The position numbers and the translations under genes are program-made. DNA of 64,000 nucleotides from Epiperipatus broadwayi (Eukaryota > Animalia > Onychophora). The DNA is taken from positions 8,742,001 to 8,806,000 of the forward strand of contig JAQFVV010000008.1 in assembly GCA_028023455.1 (NCBI GenBank). Direction: 5' to 3'. The notes under the pieces are model-generated. The model was given only the letters and a program-made list of their open reading frames with translations. It was not told where the DNA came from and did no database searches. Position 1 is the stretch's first letter. The number at the start of each line of letters is the position of its first letter. This document shows, piece by piece, positions 12,219 through 24,106 of the stretch.

Positions 12219-13537
12219 CACCTGGGTCTCGTTTTATGCGGTAGATAGGTTCCTCAGAAAACGAGCACAAAAGAAATCGCACAAAAATAGACTTAACTTA
12301 CCTTGACAAATGGGAGATACATACTGTAATTTTCCAAAAATTGCATAAAAGCAAAGCAACAATGTAAAATTACTTTAAAATTTGCATGAAAATAAAATAA
12401 AATAAAATATGACTAATAAAAAATTTCAAATTTGAAAAAAATTGATACAAGACAAACTTTTTTTATTAACTACAGTATTTAATTTTATTCAAAACAATAT
12501 ATTTTTATGCGTAATTTACAATTTTTTTATACATGTACGGTATTTTAATCATTATCGCTATTTGAGACATCAGATTTGTCATGATGTGATGTGATGTGAG
12601 GTACTGCAGCTTCTCCTTAAATGAAGTCAAGAGGAAATACAACTAAAACATTTTCCAATCGCGGTTGATCCTTCCCATTTCGCTAAGCAATCTAAAATTA
12701 AAATTTTTGTTTCCAAAGAAATTCATTTTCTTGGGTGTTTTTTTCTCTCTCCGTTAGAGTAAACTAAAAGTTTAAAATAAAAATAAGAACTTAGACTTAT
12801 GATAATAAAAAGACACTGACTTACCACTGTTGGGCAAAATTTAATTAAAACTAACAATTAAAAATTAAATTCTTACTTTTGGTTTTAATTTTTTAATTTT
12901 CAATTCCGTTTAAAAATCAAATTTCATTGTTTCACATCACCTTAATTTCAGATCACGTTACATAATTTTTAAATTGTTAATTACAATTAAAAATCAGATT
13001 TTGATTGTCAAATTTAATTGTGCCCATCGCTGCTACTCACCTTTTAAATATAAACTTGCGGACACTAAATGGTTAATTGATTAAGTATCTTTTTTTTAAA
13101 AAGCAAAAATAGAATGAGAATGTGATTTAAAATGCAAAAACATCATGCATAGTATAGGCATCTATAACGTTTGAACAAATTTACTTTATAATCTTGTAAA
13201 ATTTAATGTGTGTATATAAAATGGGGAAATTCTGATTTTAAGTGAATTATGAACTTCTTTATTGCATAAAATCTATTACAGTACTATTATAAAGCGCTGA
13301 AAATATTGAAATTATTAGGTGGAAGTCGAACTCTGATAATGTGGTATTACTTTAAATATGACGTAAGTGTGCAAAATTTATAATATTTAAAGTAATAGCG
13401 CATTATCGGAGCTCGACTTCTGATCTAATAATTTTTATCGCATAAAAGAAAACCCCATATAACGATATTAAGAAGAAACATGAATCACATAATTCAAAAT
13501 CGCATTAAATAAATCCGCATAAAACGAGACCCGGCTG
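12219..13537 (-). mobile_element. pogo/Tigger (Tc1/mariner superfamily) deletion derivative, copy 1, retaining a transposase N-terminal HTH relic
   Basis: TA|cacctgggtctcgttttatgcgg...ccgcataaaacgagacccggctg|TA. Minus strand ~12750-12610 translates 'KKHPRK*ISLETKILILDCLAKWEGSTAIGKCF...LGEAAV', like the CENP-B/psq HTH of Tigger transposases. Confidence 0.88.
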
Positions 13538-14441
13538 TAATTAAAATTTGGATGAAAAAAAAACAGAACCACAAGAATGAAACAATTATTAAAGACAAAA
13601 AAATGATTATTAATGTAAAAAATGAATATATTAAAAAGAAGGAAAGAATATAATGCTTTATATGACAAAAATAATGAAACTGGAATAAAATATCGACAAG
13701 TACTTACTGTGTATAATTAAATAGGTTGTGCAATAATGAATGAAAAAACTTATCAGAAATGATCATATTTCCTTTCAACAGATGATTCTGAGAGAGAAAT
13801 GACCTAATGAATAAAAAGTGAAAAATGCAAAACAATTAGATCACTTTCTTATGCAGCTAAGGTATTATCAAGAGTGCTGAATTAGATGTATCTAAATATG
13901 CAAGACCATTTGAATATAAAGATGATAGAGGGAATAATAAATACAAAGCAAATAATAAAAACTAATGGTGACACATAAACATAATTTTTCCTTAAAATTA
14001 AAAATCTTTTCTATAAGTAAGGTGGCCAAACATGCTTCTTTTCCAAATATTGCATTCCTTTTAAAAACCACCAAAACAACATTTGATCAATATTTCCTAT
14101 GCTAGCATAAGCTGTTATTAGCAATAGCTAGTCTGCATATATTGGATGAGTAGGCACTAGATGGAGATTTTATGCACAAAGTTTCCTGCACCCATTAGTT
14201 ACTAAGGTTTGCACTGGGTGCAACTACTGTGTGGAGAGTTTGCTACTGCTAATATTCATTTTTCAGTTATTGTAACTGTGAAAGGTGTATTCCAAAAGCA
14301 CTGCTTTTTACTTGTTTGTACTCTTTTAAGCTAGTATTTTTTTTTCTTTCAATAATTTAGTGCCACTTCACTGGATTACAATGCCCTATAGTTCAAGACT
14401 ATTCGCTAGATGGTAGTATGAGTTTGGGTATTCCGTTTTGT

Positions 14442-14444
<3 letters not shown>

Positions 14445-14478
<34 letters not shown>
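14445..14478. repeat. (TA)17 microsatellite
   Basis: Perfect TA run read directly. Confidence 0.95.
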
Positions 14479-14482
<4 letters not shown>

Positions 14483-17400
14483 GAAATGTCCATGCACAAA
14501 GTCTGCTGTAAAGAACATTACAGCAGGTACACATGTAAATTTGTATATATTAAGTGCAACAAATATATGTGTACTACATTAATAATGGAAGTTAGGTCTG
14601 AGCATTAAAATACCCACACACAACAATTTAAAGTAAACATATGATTGACAGAAATATTGTACACAAACAGATATACATATAATAAACTCATGTATTTTTT
14701 TATTTATTTTCTTTTTTGTACATTTTCATTATGTCATTTTATGGTTACGTATTTTGCTTATTTCGGAAAAACTCAAATAGAGCAAAGCAAACTTTATTGA
14801 TCAAATGGATCACATGTTGGAAAATATTCCTAAAAGAAATAATTAAAGTAATTGTTCCAACATTCTTGTATATATATATTTAATTACTTTTCTAAAAACA
14901 GTAATCTTATTCCGTAATCAAAAAAAATGTTAATTGCTTTGGTAAAAACCTAATCAAAAAGCAAAATGTTTGATAACGAATTAAAATTAAAATGTTATTT
15001 TTTTTTAGATAAAATAAAATTCTTTTGAATTGATATCTGTAATCAAGTGGTCTGAGAATCCAAGATGAAAACTAATTATATCAAACCTTAATATGTAGAA
15101 TTTAATCGGAAAAATAGAAAGGAATGTTTATAATTTAAATGATAAGCTAAAATAAAAGGTTTGGCTGATTCATAATTCTCAGGGGGGTATCTGAATTGGT
15201 TCTTATGAGTAGGGGTAATAGGTTTTAGCTAGTGCTGTGGGATTTCATTCTTTTCTGGCATTCGTTCTGTCTAAGTCGTTCACTACTTTGGCTCCAGAAT
15301 TCTCCAATCATCTAGCCACTTAGAGATTCATTTACAGACTAGACTATTGCTGATATTTCCTAAGAAGAAATCCATTACACAGTTCTTTTAAGAACTAATT
15401 TTCTGGTGGATTCAATGAACCATTCAAGATAACGGATAAAAATTTAATAATCATAATAATTACTGCATTATACCAGAAGGAAAATATGAAGAAATCTACC
15501 AGAACTTCGAGTAAAATGACCGTAGGATAGACAAACAAGCTGGTGCACCTGTTCTTGCTCTGCCCAAATCGCCAAGATGTGATCACGTCTTGCCTACGCC
15601 TTAATGATATGAAATCCTCAACGCCCAGCCAGTTGATCTGAAACCTACTCAGAAGCCCAGTCAGGAGAAGATGCCTACATAAGTTTATTTTAAAAATATT
15701 TTATTAATACTGAATTAATTAATTCTGATATTTCCGATAATTAGAAATATACTATTTTTATTTTTTTTATTACTAATCATTTAAAAAAAAAAAAAGAAAG
15801 AGAGAGTTGTCTCTCACATATATATTGGATTTTACGGTTATTACAGGTATAATGATATAGCTTTTACTTAAATCTTTTGATTCATTTTTCCATCCCAAAT
15901 TTTAGTATTTTCAGCAAAGATTGCAATTAGTTTTTTTTGTTTGTTTATTTTTCTTCTTGTGTTACTTCTGAAAATGCGCACATACACTTGTAATATTCGG
16001 TAAATATGACACCTCATGTTGAGTGTCTAAAATGTATTTATCCATATATCTTTAAGTTATTTTTGTCACTGCGACACCTTACGATAAGTGTCAAAGGGGT
16101 TATTCATGGTAAATTTCCTGTAAGCAACTCCACTAATAACTTTATATTTAGAATAGTGGTGAGTGTATAATTGTGCTGCATGTATAAGAATTTATCTATC
16201 GTGAAAGGCAAATAGAAACAGCACCTCATGTTGAGTGCCTAAGGTATCTGCATCAATGCAACCTTATTGACATGTTGTAAAATACGGAAGCTACTATTAA
16301 TTAATTATGTAATGAAATATTTTATATTGCAAATATATTTACTCGTAGTTTGTTTTGTTTTTTTACTTAAGTAAAACGGTTTTTAAAGTCCGAAGAGAAG
16401 TATATACCTGTATAACCGAAAATCTTTTATTTGAGAAACATCTTTCAAACCCACATAAAGTACAACTTATTTATAAGGGTAAAAGCTCAGACCACTTCCA
16501 TTCATTATTATCCATTGAAGATAGCTGTAAGGGTTTATTATTAATTCTTATTCATGTAAATTTGCATTTATTTTCATTTATTTTCACACACCAAATATAT
16601 ATGGGTTTGTGACAATTTTTTTGTTTTGTTTACTATATCATTATAAGTATACATCAGTGGTGGATATTGGGATTTCAAAAAATATTTAATCATGATATAA
16701 ATTTGTTTGTTTTTATATTATTTTATTTGATCAAATGTACTCTTTCCTTATCAATCACGTATCTATAATAACCATTTAACTTATCCATTGAAGACCCTAG
16801 ATGCAGAGTGTACTGAGCTAGCGACACGTGATATCGCTCTACCGGGTTGTTAAATCTTATTCTCACGCTCTGCTGTACATATGGTATTGCATATCCTTCT
16901 AGGAGGGGACGACGACTCATTTTTATTCTTTTCTAGGAGTGGTGCACAAAAGCTATTATCAAATAAACTTTTCAAACATGTGTACTTACCATAGGTCTTA
17001 AACATTCGAGAAAGTTATTAACTAAAAAGATTTTTAATTGACAGAGTCCTATCAATTCTCTGTCTCTATCAGTTTAGCTGGAGGTACCAATATGTTATGA
17101 GTACAGACAATCAGCTAAATTGGTACCCATTTCTTTCCCTGTTAAATCTTGATCACTTCATGCTCAGTGCAATTATTAGAAACAGAATTTCACAAGGAAG
17201 TATGGTCCGGTACAATATATTACTGTTGAATGTATGTTTTTTATTTGTCACAATTTGTTTTACATAATTATATTTAATTATTGTCATGCCAAATATTCAA
17301 AAATTAAGTAAATCATATGAAAAATTTGAAAATAAATGCTGTATTTCTAATAAGATCATCTAATAATATTAATAACAACCTATCAATTAATAGAATTGGT

Positions 17401-17814
17401 AAAATATAAAAAATGAGATCAAATTGTTGAATTATTGATGTGAATCAAATGGCTCTACTAAATACTTAATACCTGTTTTTCAAGGACTCATTTAATCCAA
17501 TTATTTTTAGAATAATTGATATTAGTGACAAATAGCTATTTTAAATATAGATATATTTCAGATTTTAAAAAATACTGTATATGGCTAAAAAAAATATTTA
17601 TTACATGTTTTAGAATCAAGAATGGATAGTTCAAAGACACAAAAAATTACTCTAATGTAAATTTAAAAAGAGTTTACTTTCATATTGAAATGATAAATCT
17701 GATTCAGATTCACATTTCACTATGTATTCCGCCTATCCACTTACTAATAGAGTTTGATTTCAACCCACTTATGTGAAAATGTAAATAATAATGTCTGTAC
17801 AGATAAATGTATTA

Positions 17815-18886
17815 CACCTGGGTCTCTTTTTACGTGGACTTATTTAACATGATTTTGAAGTTACGCGATTTGTGTTTCACCGGTAGTCGAACTCTGATAA
17901 TGCGCTATTACTTTAAACAATAAATTTCGCGCACTTACGTTATATTGAAAGTAATAGCACATTATTGGAATTCGACTTTCATCTCAGTAATTTCAATATT
18001 TTCAGTGCTTTATAATAGTAAGATTTTATGCAATAATGAAATTAAAATCAAGATTTCCACATTTTATGTATACACACATTAAATTTTACAAGATTATAAT
18101 GTAAATTTGTTCAAACATTGTGCGTGTTAATTTTGCATTTTAAATCACATTCTGTTTTTGCTTTTTAAAAAAGAATGTAATCAAATTATTAATCATTTAG
18201 TGTCCACAAGTTTATTTTTAAAAGGTCAGTAATAGCAGTGGGCACAATTAAATTTGACAATTAAAAATTAAAATCTGATTTTTAATTGTAATTAACAATT
18301 TAAAAAATTACTTAGGCGACTTGAAATTAATGTGATGTGAAATTTGATTTTTAAACGGAATTGAAAATTAAAGACAAAAATAAGAATTTAATTTTTAGTT
18401 GTTAGTTTCATAAACAATTAATAAAATCATTGTCTCAAAGATTAATTACTAATTATGTTGTCACCAGAAAACCATTGACACAACATGAGTGCGAAGTTGG
18501 CGCTAGTTGTTGGCAAACGAACGTGTTTTTTGGCAAATAGCTATAATAATTAAAACATGTATAAAAAAATGTAAATTACTGTACTGTAAATTATGCATAA
18601 AAATATATTATTTTGAATAAAATTAAATATTATAGTTAAAAAAAGTTTGTCTTGTATCAATTTTTTTCAAATTTGAAATTTTTTATTAGTCATATTTTAT
18701 TTCCTTATTTTTTTTGCACGCGAATTTTAAAATAATTTTACGTTGGTGCTTTGCTTTTACTTGAATTTTGAAAAATCACAGACCGCATCCCCCCTTTTTC
18801 AATGTAAGTTACGTCTATTTTTGCGCGATTTCGTTTGTGCCTGTTTTCTGATGAACCTATCTATCGCGTAAAATGAGACCCAGGTA
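17815..18886 (+). mobile_element. pogo/Tigger deletion derivative, copy 2 (inverted relative to copies 1 and 3)
   Basis: TA|cacctgggtctctttt...aaaatgagacccaggta|TA. Interior is the reverse complement of 12219-13537 with a different internal deletion; no HTH relic seen. Confidence 0.88.
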
Positions 18887-19084
18887 TATATACAAACTTT
18901 TTTTTCTCATATTGTTATTATTAATGTATTTAAATCATAATCACCTTGAATTAACTGTTATCATTTATTTCAGATAATATATATTGTTGTTTTTTTTTAC
19001 ATATATAACAAAATAATGCATTTTAATAAAAAAATTCAAACAGAAGTTTTCTCATTTTTTTAATATATATGTTTGTTTTATTAT

Positions 19085-20640
19085 TTATTAGAGAATGCAA
19101 GATGGCATACCAAAAAGATTTGCACCTTGAGAGGGATTTTTAATGTAAACGTCAATGCGGAAACGCATTGTAAATCTAATATTAAAATTCAAAGAATAAA
19201 AAAATCAAATACTTTGGCATTTCCATTAACCCGTTAATGGAGGTTCAATATTGATTAAATGTGTGTTAAAAGTACAAGATTGTCCAAAAATAAACTATTG
19301 ATCCTTATCGAGGATTGAATTTTCTAGAAATATAAATGAATGTATGTTTCTTTTGTCCAAGGCAGAATATGAATAAGAAGATTGCTTCAGGCAGCAAATA
19401 GTTGAAATGCTTGAGTCAGAGTATAAAAAGAGGAAAAAATACAGTTTTGAATAGTTTCCACCTGTCACTATGCCAGTTTTGAACCCGAATATGAAAAGCG
19501 AGTAGGAAAGGAAAGTGGCCGCCCTTCCCTCTCTGGATCCTGTCTCCTAGCTTGCCATCGCTATAGTCCTATTACTGAAGGATCTGCAAGCTGTCAGAGT
19601 TTGCCCGTACCAGCACTCCGGAAAATTTCGAGGTAACAATACTTAAACCACCAAGGCTCCAGATCCTGTCTTATATTTAATTCTTTTTTTATTTAATAGA
19701 CCTATTTTTCGAAAATAATTGATTTAAATGTATATATATATGAATATTGATCTTTAAGTCCCAAGTATAGAATGTAAAGCTAGTAATAGATTCCTTAACC
19801 CTCTTTAATTTATTTGTGAATTCTTTGATAACTCAAGCTCACAAAACTTTCATATATATATTTTTAATAATTACCCTTTCAATATGCTATTTATTTGTTT
19901 TGTATTAATTTCATAGTTTAATTTCTATGATTTTATTGGACCAACTTCACTAGCGGGGATTTTTGAGATGGTAATTTGTGTTATAGCAAATTATATAAAA
20001 GGGGGCGGGGTAGTAGAGAAATTAATTAGAAAGCAAAATAAATTGTTTTCTCTTATGCACTTGTGGAGTTGTGTGAAATATCTTTAATAAAATGTGTTTA
20101 CATTAGTAACTTTATTTAATGTTTGCTAATGATTTTTAAGAATGAGATTTTTTTATAAATATATTTTTTTGAATGGCATGGAAATAAAATATATATTATA
20201 ATTGATCTAGAAACAGCGCTGCTGGACAGTGTCGGTTATTATCACGAAATGTTCTTTCGAATTAAATGCAGGGAGGGGGGATAATCTATTTACGATATAT
20301 TTATCGTTTATTATGTATTCAAATTAAATATTTTCACATGAAGGAATTGATTTCACAGGTGGATCTTTATGCTGTATTAGACTATTTAAGGCTCTCTAAT
20401 TATAATTATCCAGATATTTTGTGATAGAGAAGAAATTGGGTTGATAATGAATGCCGAGTGTGTTGGATGGGATCTATTTAAAGGTCATTTTATTTTGTAC
20501 AATCTTATTCCCAGTAGTACATACTGCTGTGCGCCGGACAATAAGCGAGGTAGTCAAAGGTGGTCTGAATGATATCCGTACGCCAGACATACCAACTCCT
20601 TTTGTGGCAGTAGGAGTACAAGTGACTTGTAAAATGGCTC
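19085..20640 (+). mobile_element. Decayed restriction-like-endonuclease (R2/NeSL-group) non-LTR retrotransposon relic
   Basis: In the expected order: 'IKYFGISI' (RT domain-7-like KYLG, ~19205); 'ECRVC...GH...PVVHTAVRR(H)N' (CCHC knuckle plus RHN, ~20450-20550); 'IRTPDI...GVQVT' (PD..D-like REL, ~20575-20630). Requires frameshifts. Confidence 0.4.
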
Positions 20641-21575
20641 ATATTGGCTTACATTCATTTTCTTATGCATTCATGCTATTACTCCGATTTTGTTCGTTAT
20701 TTTAATGCCTATCTACTATGTAAGCCATAAAGAAATGATTCTACCAATGTTGAGAATATTCAACCTGAGTAACTAATTCTCTTTTCGCACGTGGTTAATT
20801 AGACCTTGTTTATTAACTAAATCATGAATTTTATTATATAAACGATTGAATGGCAAATTTTAATGTAAAAATGCTGGGATCGTATGTGTGATAATTGACC
20901 ACCACTCAACAACTTACAGTTATAAATGTTGTAATGTTGTTATAAATGACTTGATGCTGGTTCAGTGAGGTCCATCTTAAATAAAATAAAAATATTGTTT
21001 TGATGAAAATCCATCCTTGTAAAAAAATGTAAAATAGCATGTTTTATCTTTGTCATTTTTAAACCCTGTAAAAATGTCAAGCTGTCTTTTTATAGTCTTT
21101 TGACATTGTTTTTTTATTTTCTTGAATGATTTAATTAAAAATGAAAAAAATTATTATTATTTTACAGTCAGTCTGTAACTTTTAAATTTGCTGATTAAAA
21201 ATCCCTTTTGTAATAAATGTGAACGGGAACTTTAATTTTCTAAAAATCCGTTGTCATTTATTTTTTTTATGTTGTTAGAATACTTCATTCTAATAACTGT
21301 ATAAATAATGTAACAGGCTAAGAAAATGATCATCGGTTATATATATATGTAGTCACCTCGTTATGTGATATATTTTAAACTTATATGTATAGATAATAAA
21401 TAAATATATACAACTAACCTGTAGCTTGAGGAATTGTAACTTAATATTTTAATTATCTAAATATATATCTACTTATAAAATTTCCAGTTGTTCGAATCAT
21501 TTAATTGTTTTTCATTTTCTTTCTCACTTATAAACTAAGTCAAACAAGAAGAGGTCACACAAGGTCTCATTGAAC

Positions 21576-21850
21576 CATCATCATCATCCTAAATTTTATG
21601 CTCTTAGGCTTTGCTCTGGGTCGATAAAATTAATATGTACGATATGATCTTTGGGAAATGTTGATTATGTCTTAGTCTTGGAGATAACAGATAAATAGGG
21701 CAGAATCCATGATGTACCTGACCTATGTATCTTGTACATGGTTGGGTTCGAGGTACTTTACCCTTGTCCTGGGTCTTGTTGGATAAACATGCGCTTTTCG
21801 ACTGGTATAATATCAATATCAAAATATAAAATTTGTAGAACATAATTTTC
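21576..21850 (-). mobile_element. 3' end of an RTE-clade LINE with a (GAT)n tail
   Basis: ORF 21604-21843 contains 'GKVPRTQPCTRYIGQV...STQSKA*', like the RTE C-terminus 'GKRPRGRPR.RY.DQI...NQS.D*'. A (GAT)4 tail follows at 21576-21588. Confidence 0.5.
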
Positions 21851-21879
21851 CTTAGCAGTGGGTAGTCTGCTATAACAAA

Positions 21880-22750
21880 GCATATTAATACAGAAGAACA
21901 TAAACAATATCTTGATAAGGCTAAAATAGCAAATTTTTCAAATTTGCAAGTTTTGAATTAGTTGAAAAATCGTTATCAATTATTGAAGGTGTTTTTCACA
22001 CTATTATCCATAACCAAAGCTTTAAAAGTACGGATTGTACTTATAAATAATCCTCAATTTTCTTGTACAAGAACTAAGTGCAAGTCAATAATAACTTCGA
22101 TATTTAAAAATTATAGTGATGAAAAATTGTCAAGATTTGCAAAACATGTCATTTGTCCTTGTTTTATCAGATGTATCAAATCACAAAGAAATAAAATTAT
22201 AGTCAGTATATTAATAAGATAACAAACAAACATGAATTTTGGAAAATGCATGTGGAGGGGTAGCAGTAATTTACATACAAAATGAAAAGAGTTATTGAAA
22301 AGAAATAAGATATATTAGAAATTGATTGTAATGAACATATATTATTGGTTCATACACCATGTTTTCAATACAATGAAGAATGAAGAGTTATTTTATCCAA
22401 ATAAACAATTTCCATAGGATATTCATATAAAACAGACAGACAAATGTTATTACAACAATTGAATTTATAGCATGAGTAAAAAAAAAAATTATTGTTATCA
22501 GTGATAATTTTTTGTTTGAAAAAATAAGAATAAATATTTTTTAACTACTGAAAAACTTAAAAAATGGATTTAAAAAAAAAAATGATGACAGTAAAAAGTG
22601 TAGATATATTTATCCACTTTAAGGAACAATATATTTTTGTAATGAGATTAGCGAATTGTTAGAAAAAAATGAACAATTAATAAAACAACTACATTCAGTA
22701 GAAAAAATATTTTAAAAAATAAAAAGTTTTCTCCATTGTTTAATAGATGT
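21880..22750 (+). pseudogene. hAT transposase relic (frameshifted), ending where a piggyBac relic begins
   Basis: 'EGVFHTIIHNQSFKSTDCT', 'FSCTRTKCKSII' (ORF 21962-22222), 'LSDVSNHK' (first catalytic Asp) and 'IDCNEHIL' (CxxH) in the colinear order of insect hAT transposases. TIRs not found. Confidence 0.75.
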
Positions 22751-22755
22751 TTTAA

Positions 22756-23755
22756 CTAATTGGTTATTACGAGCACTCAGAGTGCTCTAGAATTTTTGAA
22801 TTTATAATATATGTTTTCAGTTTAGAATTGTGGGAAAACTATGTGGTCTACACATGCACATTTCACATCATTGGATCCATCTTTAACGTACCTTTCAGAA
22901 AATGTAAGTTGTATTTTTGTATCTCAAAAATTGACAATTTTATGATAATTTTTGTATTCAAGTAGCTGAAATTTTTTTGTCTTTTTTTCAGTTTTTTCAA
23001 TATAACGGAGATTTTATCACCGCAAAAAGTAAAAACGGAAAATATGCAAGGCTTAACCGATTCCAGCGATGACATCAATTTGTTCTAAAGTGAGCTTTGG
23101 AACTATGAGAATTCTTTTTCTTCTTACAGCTCATTTGAGGAATTATCTGAGTCAGATGTGGTACCAAAAAAAAAAAAGTATTTGAATAGAAGTATTACAG
23201 ATGTGTCAACTCCAGGCCCATCTTCCTGACCAGATCTGAATGCATTGCCGATTAACTTTAACGTTAGCAGGTCATCAAATTTTATCAAGTCTCCTGGGCT
23301 CAAGTTTTCCACCACGAGTGAGTATGAAATTTTAGACTTTTTTCAATTATTATTTGATAAAAAATTTTTTGGCAAAGTAATTCTTGAAATGAATATATAC
23401 GCTGAACAAAAAAAAAAGCTCGCAAATTGGATAAATTTGTCATATCGTGAATTATTTGCATTTTTTGGCATGATAATAGGCATTTCCTCCATATGACCAG
23501 TACATGAATTAGATGACATATGGAGTTCTGATTTGATAGTTAAACAATCCTATTTTGCAAATATTATGACCCAAAGTCGATTTTATTCAATTTTATCTTG
23601 TCTACATTTTAACAATAATAAAAGCATGTCAAATGCTAAAAATAAAGATTTTGACAGAATATATAAACTTAGGCTGATTTTAGACTACTGCAATGTAAAT
23701 TTTAAGGCTGCATATCAAATGCATTGAAAGGTAGCAGTTGATGAAGCTATGTCCT
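22756..23755 (+). mobile_element. piggyBac (PGBD4-like) 5' portion with transposase relic
   Basis: TTAA at 22752-22755, then subterminal hairpin GAGCACTCAGAGTGCTC (22771-22787). Translation 'LDFFQLLFD...EMNIYA...W...ELFAFFG', 'IMTQSRFYSILSCLHF...DRIYKLR', 'VAVDEAM' (23737-23751, first Asp of DDD). Remainder missing. Confidence 0.85.
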
Positions 23756-24106
23756 AAGCTTTCATCATCACTAACTATAATGAATTTAGCATATATTATT
23801 TTGATTTGTTTTTTACCCTATTAATTTTATGTATAATTTTATCTTTGTTTAATTTTTTTAATAATTTTATGTATAATTTAATTTTATGTATGATATCTTT
23901 TTTAGTTTATATATGTTGTTTTTATTGTTTTATTATTTTATTTTGTATATATATTGATTACTGCATCATTAATAAATAAAAAAAATATTTACAATAAAAA
24001 ATGTTTTTTATTTAAATTTTTCCTCATATTTTCCTCTAATATAAAAATTAATGACTAATTTTTTAATAAATTACAAACTTTATTAAAGTTTTTTATTATA
24101 ATATTC

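Noticed and set aside
13779-13860. Strong acceptor (tttcctttcaacAG) with a downstream AG|GT
   Set aside because: Stops in all three frames; no coding support.
14150-14420. Two CTCF-like motifs (gcactagatggag, cgctagatggtag)
   Set aside because: Partial matches only; (c/g)ctagatgg cores are common in MITE relics, and binding cannot be supported from sequence alone.
17070-17145. Permuted short inverted motifs (tttagctg/cagctaaa and ggtaccaat/attggtacc)
   Set aside because: The arm order is incompatible with one hairpin, the motifs are only 8-9 bp, and the flanking candidate exon has stops in all three frames.
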